Of a DNA stretch of 64,000 nucleotides, positions 9,804-18,892 are shown in pieces (positions within the stretch are counted from its first letter, which is position 1; each line of letters begins with the position of its first letter). The stretch covers positions 3,606 through 67,605 of IMG/VR virus record IMGVR_UViG_2799112320_000001; one strand, written 5' to 3'. Source of the stretch: a virus. Taxonomy: Duplodnaviria; Caudoviricetes. The notes beneath the pieces were generated by a model, which worked only from the letters and a program-made list of their open reading frames with translations, was not told the DNA's origin and ran no database searches. The translations under genes and the position numbers were made by a program.

Positions 9804-10076
9804 CTAGGCAGACACTGAACCTCCTTCCGGGAATCCTCCGGCGTCCTGGGAGTTGGCTTGCCCCCTCAACGCCGCCAGAGCCCTTCCGGCTTCGTCAGAC
9901 TTACCTAGACAAAATCTCATTTCCGCTATCACGTCGCGCCGCACGTCATCGGGTTCGCCGATGGTGCACAGCCTGTGCGCGACATATAGCGAATGCTCCT
10001 TCAGCAGTGCCGAGAAGTCACGCAGACAACCGGCCTTGTCGAGCATCGTGTAAAGCTTCATCCAGCCGTCGCTCAT
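9804..10076 (-). CDS. Hypothetical protein
   Basis: 90 aa, ATGA-coupled to the portal gene. Confidence 0.7.
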   Translation of the reverse strand: MSDGWMKLYTMLDKAGCLRDFSALLKEHSLYVAHRLCTIGEPDDVRRDVIAEMRFCLGKSDEAGRALAALRGQANSQDAGGFPEGGSVSA

Positions 10077-12337
10077 GCTACTGACCTCCTTTCGGCCACA
10101 CTACCGGGCGCGGGCGCGCCTTCGGCCGGCGGCGCAGCGACACCCTGTTCCTGCTGCATCCCTTCTACAGCCTGCTTCTCCGCGGCCGCCAGAGCGGCCA
10201 GTTTATTCATCTGCTCCAGCCACCGCGCGTGCTCCTCGCTTGGGAAGTCTGCGTCCGCGTTTATGTCGAGCCCCTTCACGATCGGACGCGCTATTGCAAG
10301 CGCGAGCTTCGGTCCGAGGAGCTGCATGAGCTGCGGGTTGGAGGTCATTATCTGGAAGAACTGCATACGCGCGCTGTCGAGCTGCGCCTTTAACATGCGT
10401 CCAAACATGCCGACCGGACGAATGTACACGTCGCCCTTTATCTCCTGGTCGTCGTCGTTCGCGAGGATCCAGTCCGCACAGCGCTGCGCCGTCGGCTTTA
10501 TGATGCCGTCGTCGAACAGCATGGCGACCATCTTCACGACGATCATCATGTGCTCTGTCATCTGGGCGAGTCCGCCGGAGGTGCGCAGCGCTCCCATGGC
10601 GCCGGAGGTCTGCCCCTCCGCGAAACGCGGGATGCCGCTGTCTATGTCCGCCTGCGACTGCCACTCCTCGAACTCGCGGATGAGCTGCGCCGCCTTCGTC
10701 GGGATATCGAGAACTCCCATCGGAGCGCCGTTCGCGCCGGACGGCGCGTACATCTCGTCGCCAAAGCGAAGAAAACCGTACGGGCGCCACCGGAGCGCGT
10801 CGGGGCTCTTATCGAGAAGCCGCTGCGCCTGATTGATCCACACCATCGGACCCGTCGCGCCGAGGTCGAGGAAGAGCGCCTTCGCCGTGTTGTTCTGCAT
10901 CATCTGCACGAACGCCAGCTTGTCCGCAATGCTCTCGCCCCAGAAGGCCCCCGGAAGCTCGTAGAACACACCCTTGGAAATCGGAACATCAAGCCTTGCA
11001 TCGAGTATCCGGCAGTAGACCACCTTGCTGTCGATGACAATGGCCTCTACATGGTAGAAGTCGCCGAGAACAATCTTCTTGCCCTTGTTGTCCTGGACGA
11101 TCCCTATCTCCGCTAGTTCCGAGCCGCGCACGGACATGAAGCAACGCACGGCCTCGAACGTGCAGTCCTCCGTATCGCCGGCGCCGCCGTTCATCTCTGC
11201 GTCCTTCTTGCGCTGGTCCTCCGGCTCCATGTGGAACTTCACGCCGCCGTTGGGATACTTCGCAAGCAAGGCGCGCACAACCTCTTCGTTCCACCCCTCG
11301 CCGTTCTTGTCGCGCGTCGCGCCGCCGTTGGAAAAGCGCCAAAGAGACTCCGCCGTGTACTTTTCGCGGATGCAGAACGGCCCGTCGGCCGGATTCTTCG
11401 CGTCGGGCGCAGGGTAGCAGTCCATCGGGTTGGGGCTCTCGAACACCGGCTTGACCCTGAAATCGCGGACAAACCTGCGGACCGTATCCTCGACGCCGTT
11501 CTCGCCCTTCACATTCTCCTCGACGACCTTGTTGCAGGCGACGACGCGCGGTATCGGGCCAATGACGAAGCACGTCCCGTAGAGGCAGCAGTTCGCGATC
11601 GCATTCGAAAGCGCCTTGTCGCCGCCGCCCTCGACGAACATGTCCCAGATCTTCTCCTGCATACGGCGGGCACGTACGTTCGCATACTCCTTGCGCCTGC
11701 CGTATATCTCGTCCCTGCGCTTGGACGGGGTGCTCTTGATGACCTCCAGGAGCAGCGCCTCCTGCTCCGGCGGTATCGGGTTCCCGCTGCGAGCCGAGGC
11801 GATTGCCGAAAAAATCGTGTTGATGTCCCGCATCATGGAAGCATCGACCTCGCGGTCCACGCTCTCCGGCACTTCCGGCCACGGAGACGGCGCAACCTCG
11901 AACAACGGCTCGCGGGCATTGTTCACTACGTCCACAAAGCGGGATTTTGCGCCGCGGGTCTTGGTGAACGTCAGCGAGGTGAAGAGCTTCTTCGCTATCA
12001 GAGGCGGAACGACGGTAGAAAGTGCCGCAAGCTGCTCGTCCGTGAACCTGTTTGTGTTTGCGTTGAGCGCATACTGAAGCCGTTCGGTGACGCCGGACCT
12101 TGCGCGGAACGAGACGTTGCGCCGCATCGCCGCGTTCACGAGCTCAGCCATCCTCGTCATGGGCTCGGTTTGCGGAACCTCCTCCACGGCCTCGGGCGAA
12201 AGCACCTCCGCAGGCGCAGGGGACGCAATGGCCGCAGCCCCCTGTGGGGCCGTCATATCGCGCGTTTGCGCGTCTAGCGCCGCGCCGAATATCTGTGACA
12301 CCGCGTCCATGAGTCTGATTCTAAGGGCACTTGACAT
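10073..12337 (-). CDS. Portal protein
   Basis: 754 aa directly after terL; NCCLYGTCFVIGP, YELPGAFWGESIADKL and TSGGLAQM segments typical of podovirus portals. Confidence 0.85.
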   Translation of the reverse strand: MSSALRIRLMDAVSQIFGAALDAQTRDMTAPQGAAAIASPAPAEVLSPEAVEEVPQTEPMTRMAELVNAAMRRNVSFRARSGVTERLQYALNANTNRFTDEQLAALSTVVPPLIAKKLFTSLTFTKTRGAKSRFVDVVNNAREPLFEVAPSPWPEVPESVDREVDASMMRDINTIFSAIASARSGNPIPPEQEALLLEVIKSTPSKRRDEIYGRRKEYANVRARRMQEKIWDMFVEGGGDKALSNAIANCCLYGTCFVIGPIPRVVACNKVVEENVKGENGVEDTVRRFVRDFRVKPVFESPNPMDCYPAPDAKNPADGPFCIREKYTAESLWRFSNGGATRDKNGEGWNEEVVRALLAKYPNGGVKFHMEPEDQRKKDAEMNGGAGDTEDCTFEAVRCFMSVRGSELAEIGIVQDNKGKKIVLGDFYHVEAIVIDSKVVYCRILDARLDVPISKGVFYELPGAFWGESIADKLAFVQMMQNNTAKALFLDLGATGPMVWINQAQRLLDKSPDALRWRPYGFLRFGDEMYAPSGANGAPMGVLDIPTKAAQLIREFEEWQSQADIDSGIPRFAEGQTSGAMGALRTSGGLAQMTEHMMIVVKMVAMLFDDGIIKPTAQRCADWILANDDDQEIKGDVYIRPVGMFGRMLKAQLDSARMQFFQIMTSNPQLMQLLGPKLALAIARPIVKGLDINADADFPSEEHARWLEQMNKLAALAAAEKQAVEGMQQEQGVAAPPAEGAPAPGSVAERRSVA

Positions 12338-12370
12338 CGCTTGACGTCAATATCTCAAAAAAAAAAATTC

Positions 12371-14017
12371 CTAGCAGCCGAAATTACACCCGCCGACCGG
12401 CTGATAGGCGTCCTGCGAGAACCCCCGGAGCCCGCCCGAATACCCTCCGGCCGACATCGAGAACGCCCCGCCCTTCCACCCTGTTGAACCAACCACGACG
12501 TACTGGAGCGCGTCGGAGACATGCGAGAACTTCGACTCCTTGTCCGGCTTGTCGTCGTACCGCGCCGAACCATCGGCAGCCCGCTTCTTCCGGTAGCAGT
12601 ACCCGCCGTTCATGGCCTCGCGGAGCGTCTTGCACCCCTTTCGCGACATCAGGAACATCGGCATCGCCGCCCCGTTCTCGCCCTTGTATATCTGCCGGAG
12701 GATCGCGTCTACCGCCGTGATTCGCACGGTGACGTCGTTGTTCACTAGCTCCGGGATCACGACCTCCAGCCCCTTGCTCTTCAGGTAGTTGTACGCCGAA
12801 ATGGTGGACATCTCCGTCCGGTTCTGCCCCGCCGGGTCGATGAACACCGTGCACGGCGTCTGCGGCCAGTTGAAGTCCCGCATCAGCCGCGGGATAAGAT
12901 TCTCCTCCACGAACGGCGGCACCATCTTGTTGAACTCCACCTCCTCGCCAAGGACGCGGAACTGCCCGAGGCGCGTCCGCTGGCAAATCACCGCAGCCGG
13001 GTTGCCGCCGAGATCCATGCCGACGAACGTCCGCGTCCCCCGCTCGAACGGCAACTCCTCGTCCGTCGAGTGGATGTTGTCGATGTACCCCGGCCACACC
13101 GGAAGCCCCGCCCTGATCTTGCCGTACTCGTTGAGGAGCCGCCGCTTGATGTAGTCCTCGTCCGCGCCGACAAGCTGCTTCTCATAGTAGTCCCACCCGT
13201 CCTGAAGGTTCTCGATGTTCTCGCACGGCCCGTCCGTGCCGAAGAATTTGTGCCCCGCCTCGTCGTTCCGCACATAGAACACGTCGCCTACCTTCGTGTA
13301 GACGCACCCCGACTCCCGCGGCGGCGGCTTCGTCGTGCGGATCATCGCCGGCGGCTGGATTATCCAGATCATCCTCTCCGGCTTCGTCACCTGCTCAAGC
13401 TGGTACCACCACGAGGAGTCCGTCGGCGTGTTCGTGTCCATCAGGACGCCGAACGAAAGCCCCTTCCACCCCTGCGCCGAAGCCCCAGGCGGCTTGAAGC
13501 GCCCGACGCGCTCCTGCACCTTGTGGATCATCTCCCAGTCCTGCGCCGCCGCCTCGTTGAAGTACGCCCCCGAAAGCGAAAGGCCGTCGATGTCGTTCAC
13601 GAACGTCGGCGCCCCGCTCGCGTAGAACTCAAGTTCGATCCGGACCCAGACATTCTTCCCCTCGTCGTCCACACGCATCGAGGGTATCTCGTACACGCCG
13701 TGAATCGGCGGCGCCGTCCACATGCGCATGTTCGGCCCCTCGGGATGCCAGTCGAGCCAGTCCCTGATCGTCGTCTTCTGCAGCGCCTGGAACGTGTCGC
13801 GGAACATCCCCCACCGCGTCCACCGCACCATCTTGTTCGTCGCCGGGTCGAAGATCGGCGGCTGCATGTGCGACTTCATCACGATGTCCTGCTGGCATAT
13901 CACCGTCTTGCCACACCCCGGTACCCCGCGGATCGCCTTGTACAGGTACGTCCCGGGCGCCGCCGAATGAAACGCCACCCCCGAAGGCGACGCCTTGTAC
14001 GTGAAGTCCCGGCTCAT
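12371..14017 (-). CDS. terL: Terminase large subunit
   Basis: Walker A GVPGCGKT, Walker B-like YFNEAA, DTNTP motif, RNase H-fold nuclease acidic residues (GMDLGGNPA; SHVSDALQY). Confidence 0.92.
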   Translation of the reverse strand: MSRDFTYKASPSGVAFHSAAPGTYLYKAIRGVPGCGKTVICQQDIVMKSHMQPPIFDPATNKMVRWTRWGMFRDTFQALQKTTIRDWLDWHPEGPNMRMWTAPPIHGVYEIPSMRVDDEGKNVWVRIELEFYASGAPTFVNDIDGLSLSGAYFNEAAAQDWEMIHKVQERVGRFKPPGASAQGWKGLSFGVLMDTNTPTDSSWWYQLEQVTKPERMIWIIQPPAMIRTTKPPPRESGCVYTKVGDVFYVRNDEAGHKFFGTDGPCENIENLQDGWDYYEKQLVGADEDYIKRRLLNEYGKIRAGLPVWPGYIDNIHSTDEELPFERGTRTFVGMDLGGNPAAVICQRTRLGQFRVLGEEVEFNKMVPPFVEENLIPRLMRDFNWPQTPCTVFIDPAGQNRTEMSTISAYNYLKSKGLEVVIPELVNNDVTVRITAVDAILRQIYKGENGAAMPMFLMSRKGCKTLREAMNGGYCYRKKRAADGSARYDDKPDKESKFSHVSDALQYVVVGSTGWKGGAFSMSAGGYSGGLRGFSQDAYQPVGGCNFGC

Positions 14018-14697
14018 ACGTCAACGACCTCCGCCGCCGGCTTCGCCTCAACCCGCCTAGCCAACTCCGCCGGCGCAACGATCCAGTTCACCGTCATGTT
14101 CGGGAAGTTGTACGAGATCCCCTTCTTCGCGTCCGAACCGCCGCCGGCCTCCTCGCCGTCGCCGTACACGTCCTTCACCGTCGCCTTCAGCGAAAGCTCC
14201 ACCGCCCGCTGGTTCAGCTCACACCCCTCCTCCGTCACCAGACGCTCCTGCGCCAGCTGCGCCGCGTAGCCCGTGTCGATCGCCCTCGCCCGCGTCACCT
14301 TCTGGCTCGCCCTCGTGATGTACTCGTACACCAGCCGAAGCTCTGGGTGGTAGTCCTGCCCAACGAACAGCGCGTCCGTCGTCACCCCGTGCTCCGCGAA
14401 TATCTTCGAAATCCCCCGCATCCGCTCGGCGCCGCCGACCCTGTTGCCGTAGTAGTCCACCAGCGCCGCCTTCACTTTCTCCACCGGGAACGAAACCGCA
14501 AGCCCCCGCTCCTTCGCCCGCCGCCACTTCTTCTTCGCCGCCGCCTGGCTCTTCGCCCAGCTCTCCTCGCCCTTCTCGTCCAAATCGAGCTCCGCGTACC
14601 CGAACAGCTGCTCCCACGTGACCGACGGCGAACCTACCGGCGCGGACTCCTCCACGTCGGCCACTCCCGTCAGGCTTCTGGCACACTTCCGTCTCAT
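14014..14697 (-). CDS. terS: Terminase small subunit (putative)
   Basis: ATGA-coupled to terL; C-terminal ISYNFPNMTVNW tail. Start placed 7 nt below a TATGAT box; alternative starts exist upstream. Confidence 0.6.
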   Translation of the reverse strand: MRRKCARSLTGVADVEESAPVGSPSVTWEQLFGYAELDLDEKGEESWAKSQAAAKKKWRRAKERGLAVSFPVEKVKAALVDYYGNRVGGAERMRGISKIFAEHGVTTDALFVGQDYHPELRLVYEYITRASQKVTRARAIDTGYAAQLAQERLVTEEGCELNQRAVELSLKATVKDVYGDGEEAGGGSDAKKGISYNFPNMTVNWIVAPAELARRVEAKPAAEVVDV

Positions 14698-14704
14698 CGC
14701 CGCT

Positions 14705-14710
14705 ATCATA
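14705..14710 (-). promoter_or_regulatory. -10 box (TATGAT) 7 nt upstream of the terS ATG
   Basis: Minus strand reads TATGAT agcggcg ATG; no SD sequence present. Confidence 0.4.
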
Positions 14711-15022
14711 CCCCCGCTTGACGCCACTTGACATGTCGCCCCGGAATTTTTCGCACACGGGTCCCTCCCTGCGCGCCGGCGACGGGACCCCGCCTCGCCC
14801 CCATACCCCAACCGCGCCGCTCCGACGCGATCCGCCCACATACAGGGGCCCCCTCATTAGACCTTCTGCCCCCGCCCGCCCGCTGACACCCACACGCGCC
14901 CCCACACCCACCCCCGCGCTCGACCGCCTGGCGCCGGTGATTGGTGTCTGCGAAAGTCGCGCGAAAATCTACGAGAAAATAGGGCATCACGGCGCGTCGT
15001 GTGGCGCGTGCTGCGCGGGGAA

Positions 15023-15118
15023 TTGGCGCGCGCGTTGGGTTTGAAACCCACGGAACACGGCGCGAACCTCTGCCATTTTTGGGATTTCGGCGCAGATTTG
15101 GCGCGCGCGTTGGGTTTG
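15023..15118. repeat. Two exact 21-bp direct repeats TTGGCGCGCGCGTTGGGTTTG
   Basis: Copies at 15023-15043 and 15098-15118. Confidence 0.9.
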
Positions 15119-15336
15119 CGGCGCGTTTCTCGCATCGTTCTTACACTCTTTTTCGCTCATGATGAGGGCCGATGGTTAGTCCGTCGCGGCTCGCTTTTCG
15201 GCCTGTTGCCGAGGTTGCGCTTGTCTTGGTGCAGGATTCGGCGCGCTTGTGCCGGTGCTGGCGTGATCCTGGCGCGCTGCGAGGATTGCGCGCGCGCATC
15301 CGCGACCGATTTTTTGAAAACGAGACCCGGCGCCAG

Positions 15337-15633
15337 GGCGAAACGAAGCGCGCGCGAAAGTAGTAAATAGTTTTTTTAATAGTCAATTAAATGGTAGTAA
15401 TGGTAGTGTACTACGCGCATACGCGCGTACACGCGTACACGCGTGAGCGCATGACACGCGACGCGCTACGCACGCGCACGCGTAGCGCGCGGAGTTGCCG
15501 TGAGCCAACGGCGAAAAGGCGAAACGAAATAGGGTATACCCCCTTTAGGGGGTACCCTATCATTTCGTTTCGCGTGGGCGGCAACGGGCGAAACGAAACA
15601 GCAGGCGAAATTTCGCCATTTCGCCATTTCGCC
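15337..15633. repeat. Iteron-like GGCGAAA(CGAAA) repeats with central imperfect palindrome; candidate origin
   Basis: GGCGAAACGAA at 15337, 15518, 15587; inverted TTTCGTTTCGC at 15563; GGCGAAATTTCGCC at 15604-15617; TTTCGCC again at 15619 and 15627; TACCCCCT-TT-AGGGGGTA hairpin near 15537-15554; AT-rich tract at 15361-15410. Confidence 0.7.
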
Positions 15634-15728
15634 ATTTCTCACGCGTGCAGGCGTGCAGGCGTACGCGCGCGAGGGAGAAAAAAAAAACCGAACGCAAATT
15701 ATTTTTTTATTTCTCTATTATTTCCCTG

Positions 15729-15758
15729 TTGACGCATTACCCAATTATATGATATCAT
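15729..15758 (+). promoter_or_regulatory. Sigma70-type early promoter
   Basis: TTGACG-18 bp-TATCAT with extended -10 TGn, upstream of the first early gene. Confidence 0.7.
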
Positions 15759-15808
15759 ACTCGACGCCAAGCGGGAATAGGCCCGCGGCGACAACGGAGA
15801 AACGAATA

Positions 15809-16156
15809 ATGAAAACAATTATCGAGGAAAATATCAAAATCGAAACAGTTGACAGCAACGAATTGTGGCGCATATGGCGCGACAGAGAACCGGACGGCAA
15901 CAACTATGGCTACCCGGTTAGGGTCAGGAACCCAACCAGAGCCGTAGAGGCAGTTCTTCGCGGCCAACTCGTTGGTGTACACCAACGCGGCTCTCATTGC
16001 GACGTTTACCTGGTTGATGATGCCACAGGGACGAACTCCGTACTGATCGGGACGGTGACAAACGTTGACGAGGCATCCGGCCTATACCTATGCCAACCGA
16101 TGGGAACGCGCAACTCGCCAAACGAATGCCGTGCTCGTGTATATTGCTACAACTAA
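15809..16156 (+). CDS. Early hypothetical protein
   Basis: MKTIIEEN start after a GGAGA RBS, below the promoter. Confidence 0.75.
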   Translation: MKTIIEENIKIETVDSNELWRIWRDREPDGNNYGYPVRVRNPTRAVEAVLRGQLVGVHQRGSHCDVYLVDDATGTNSVLIGTVTNVDEASGLYLCQPMGTRNSPNECRARVYCYN

Positions 16157-16187
16157 ACCACGAACCATAAAACAAGGAGAATAGACA

Positions 16188-16628
16188 ATGGACACGACAA
16201 CGACGGCGCGCGTGAGGATAGCGGACATCCGCGCGGACCTGGACAACTACAGCAAAACCTCGACCTGGCGGCGGGGAATCGCAGCGGCGGCGCGCGACCT
16301 GTGCGACGATCTAGAGGAGGCGGCGCGCTTTCGCGGCTGCCCTGGCGAGGTTCCGGCGGCGAATGCGGACGAACTGCGCGCGCTTCTCTTGAACGGCGCG
16401 GGCGACTGGCAGCAGTTCAGCGCGGGCGGTTGCGCGCTCGTGGCAAACGAGGACATAGCCGAGCGGTATTTTCCGCCGTCGCGACGTGATCGGGAGTTTC
16501 GCCGGTGCGACGCAAACCCGGTGCACCTCCTCAACATCCAGGCGTACGCGCTCGCGAACGCTTCCGCGCGGATTGTCGCTTGCTGGCGTTCGCTGGCGCG
16601 CCGTGCGGGTATCATTATCACCAAGTAA
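16188..16628 (+). CDS. Early hypothetical protein
   Basis: 146 aa, AAGGAG RBS, LLLNGAGDWQQFSAGGCAL motif. Confidence 0.8.
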   Translation: MDTTTTARVRIADIRADLDNYSKTSTWRRGIAAAARDLCDDLEEAARFRGCPGEVPAANADELRALLLNGAGDWQQFSAGGCALVANEDIAERYFPPSRRDREFRRCDANPVHLLNIQAYALANASARIVACWRSLARRAGIIITK

Positions 16629-16647
16629 CACGAAAGGAGCAAAACCA

Positions 16648-17172
16648 ATGAACACCACAGACACCAATACGACCACGGGCCGCCCGGGCCTCACATTCAA
16701 TCACCCCAACGCCAGAGGGACCGGCGGCGCGGTACAGTTCGCGCTTCGTCCGGCGCGGATGGCCGAGGGGCACAGGATCGAGGGCGGAATCCACGTATAC
16801 CTTGCGCCGCAGCGCGGGGAGGGTTTCGACTGGGCGCACGCGCTGGAGTTCGACCTTCGCGCGGAGGATGTCGGGCGCGTCCTTGAGCGGCGCGCACGCC
16901 GGGCGGAGAGGCGGACGGCGAAACGCCGCGAGGCGAACGCCGGGCTTTTGCCGTGGCTTCGACGCGACGGGCGGAGCCATGTAGTATGGACAACCACGAC
17001 GCACAGCAGGAGGGCGAATGCCAAGACCTGGACGGGGTATTGGTTATTCGAGGACGGCAAGCCGCGCTTTTATTGCGGCACGGGCGACGACTGGCGCGCA
17101 ACCGCGCGCTTTGCCGCCGGTTATTCGGAAATTCTGGTTTGGGACAATCCAGCGGAGGAGGCGGGGAAATGA
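16648..17172 (+). CDS. Early protein with Whirly-like N-terminal segment
   Basis: GAAAGGAG RBS; GGIHVYLAPQRGEGFDWAHALEFDLRAEDVGRVL resembles the Whirly ssDNA-binding signature. Confidence 0.55.
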   Translation: MNTTDTNTTTGRPGLTFNHPNARGTGGAVQFALRPARMAEGHRIEGGIHVYLAPQRGEGFDWAHALEFDLRAEDVGRVLERRARRAERRTAKRREANAGLLPWLRRDGRSHVVWTTTTHSRRANAKTWTGYWLFEDGKPRFYCGTGDDWRATARFAAGYSEILVWDNPAEEAGK

Positions 17173-17252
17173 GCATATTGGACAATGTTTTATTCTGGCT
17201 GGTGCTGGCGATTGCGCCGGTGCTGGTGCTGATAAACATCCTAGCGGGATGA
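17169..17252 (+). CDS. 27-aa hydrophobic peptide
   Basis: MSILDNVLFWLVLAIAPVLVLINILAG, ATGA-coupled to the previous gene. Confidence 0.45.
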   Translation: MSILDNVLFWLVLAIAPVLVLINILAG

Positions 17253-17361
17253 CTGCCGAAACGCGGGCGGGTTCGTTCGTCCGCGTCGTCGTGCGCTGGC
17301 TACGCACGGCCTGAAGATGGCAAGCCGACAGAAGCAAGGCCGCGAGGCCGGAAAGGAACAA

Positions 17362-17751
17362 ATGAAAAACAAACTTGAAAAACTGTTGTCCAACATGTGC
17401 TTGCACAAGGGCGGCGACTCGTCCAACTGGCGCGTATACGACTGCGGCGAAGTTGGCGGATGCTACGAGCTGGAGCAGTGGAGCGACGAGGGCGAGGACG
17501 TGATTATCACACTTCGCGGCGCGACGCTTGCCGAGCTTGCCGCCGATGCGCGGGAGGCATGGGAGAACTTCGACGCGGACGAACACGCGGTGCAAATCTA
17601 TCTCGCCAAGCGCAACGGCGACGAGAACGCGCGACGGTTCTACGCCGCCGCGCCGGACTCCCTGCGCGAGCTTCTGGCAGACGCGCGGAACATCAAGGCC
17701 ATGCACAGGTGGGTTTACAGGACCCTAACAAAGGCGGCGCGTGCCGCCTAA
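17362..17751 (+). CDS. Early hypothetical protein
   Basis: MKNKLEKLL start with GAAAGGA RBS. Confidence 0.75.
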   Translation: MKNKLEKLLSNMCLHKGGDSSNWRVYDCGEVGGCYELEQWSDEGEDVIITLRGATLAELAADAREAWENFDADEHAVQIYLAKRNGDENARRFYAAAPDSLRELLADARNIKAMHRWVYRTLTKAARAA

Positions 17752-17768
17752 CGAAAGGACAGGACAAA

Positions 17769-18086
17769 ATGAGCAAACAGGAAGCAAGGAACACGGCTGC
17801 GGGCATGGTGCGCGATGCGCTTCAGCAGCTCGCCAACTGGGAGCGGGTGCAGGACTTGCGCCAGTTCGAGAACACGAAGGAGGAGGCCGCGCGCTTGCTC
17901 GACATGGCGGAGACGGCGCTCAACTACTTTGAGTGGCACTATGACTTCCCGCAGGAAGACGCAGAGTCGAAACTCGAGGCGGTGCGGAACGCCATAGACA
18001 ACACGGGCAACAAGTGGAACATCGAAGTGCTGGACGCGATACGCGAAATCGTCTTCCCGCAGGAGGAAAGCGAGGTGACTGAATGA
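17769..18086 (+). CDS. Early hypothetical protein
   Basis: MSKQEARN start with GAAAGGA RBS. Confidence 0.75.
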   Translation: MSKQEARNTAAGMVRDALQQLANWERVQDLRQFENTKEEAARLLDMAETALNYFEWHYDFPQEDAESKLEAVRNAIDNTGNKWNIEVLDAIREIVFPQEESEVTE

Positions 18087-18337
18087 AACTGTGCACTAGA
18101 CGCGAAATCCGGTGGCTTCGGCTGCGGTTCGCCCGCGACTGGCGCAAACTCGCCATCGTGCCGGTGACGACCGCGGCCTGGATCGCCGCCGTGTCGCTGG
18201 CGCTGCCGGCGGACGGCGACCTGACGGGCGTCGAGACGGCGTTCCTGGTGGCGTCGTTCGCTGCGGTGTTCCTTGGAAACCTCATAACGGCCAACTGGCC
18301 GAAGAAGAAAGCGGCGGAAGGCGAGGGGCGGCCATGA
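18083..18337 (+). CDS. Small membrane protein (2 TM)
   Basis: 84 aa with two hydrophobic stretches, coupled overlap. Confidence 0.65.
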   Translation: MKLCTRREIRWLRLRFARDWRKLAIVPVTTAAWIAAVSLALPADGDLTGVETAFLVASFAAVFLGNLITANWPKKKAAEGEGRP

Positions 18338-18663
18338 TTGAAGAAACGCCAATGATACGGCAATACAAGCACTTAAAGTGCGAGGCTCCTCTTGGTAGCC
18401 TGTTGCTCTTCAGGCTGGGCGACTTCTTCGAGGCGTTCGGGGATGACGCCGTCCGCTTGTCGGCGGCCTTTGATGTTCCGTGCGGTCTTCGCGGCGGGGT
18501 GTCGATGGCGGGTTGCCTATGCGACTCGTTTTGGGAGTTGGCGCGCCGACTTACGGCGTCCGGCATTGTGTTTGTGATTGCGGAGGAAATGGAATCTCGC
18601 GCTGGTTCGCGTCTCCCGCGGCGCGAGATAGTGCGCACGGTAAAAGGAGGGCCGATAGAATGA
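18334..18663 (+). CDS. Stand-alone MutS domain I (mismatch-recognition) protein
   Basis: TPMIRQYKHLK...LLLFRLGDFFEAFGDDAV...MAG...RREIVRTV matches the MutS N-terminus including the GDF(Y/F)E motif; no ATPase domain. Confidence 0.8.
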   Translation: MIEETPMIRQYKHLKCEAPLGSLLLFRLGDFFEAFGDDAVRLSAAFDVPCGLRGGVSMAGCLCDSFWELARRLTASGIVFVIAEEMESRAGSRLPRREIVRTVKGGPIE

Positions 18664-18890
18664 GCAAAACAACCTACTACATCGTACAGGCGACCACGCG
18701 CCTCTTCGCCGCACGCGACAATCTCGGCGTGAGCCTAGCAATGGGCATGGAGAACGCGGCGCGGTTGACGCTGCCGGAGGCACGTCGCGCGCTGCGTGAT
18801 GTCCGCCAGGACTACGGCGACAACGGCCCGCGGCGGTTCCCGCGGATCGTCAAGGCGACAATCGAAACGACAACCATAACGGAGGGTTAG
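18660..18890 (+). CDS. Early hypothetical protein
   Basis: MSKTTYYIVQ, coupled overlap. Confidence 0.65.
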   Translation: MSKTTYYIVQATTRLFAARDNLGVSLAMGMENAARLTLPEARRALRDVRQDYGDNGPRRFPRIVKATIETTTITEG

Positions 18891-18892
18891 CA

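Noticed and set aside
14219-14911. 230-aa Gly/Arg-rich minus-strand ORF overlapping terS
   Set aside because: Alternative frame produced by the local G-skew; the terS frame is the one coupled to terL
15391-15732. 113-aa ORF across the repeat region
   Set aside because: Translation of iterons and RY tracts; no RBS or protein-like composition
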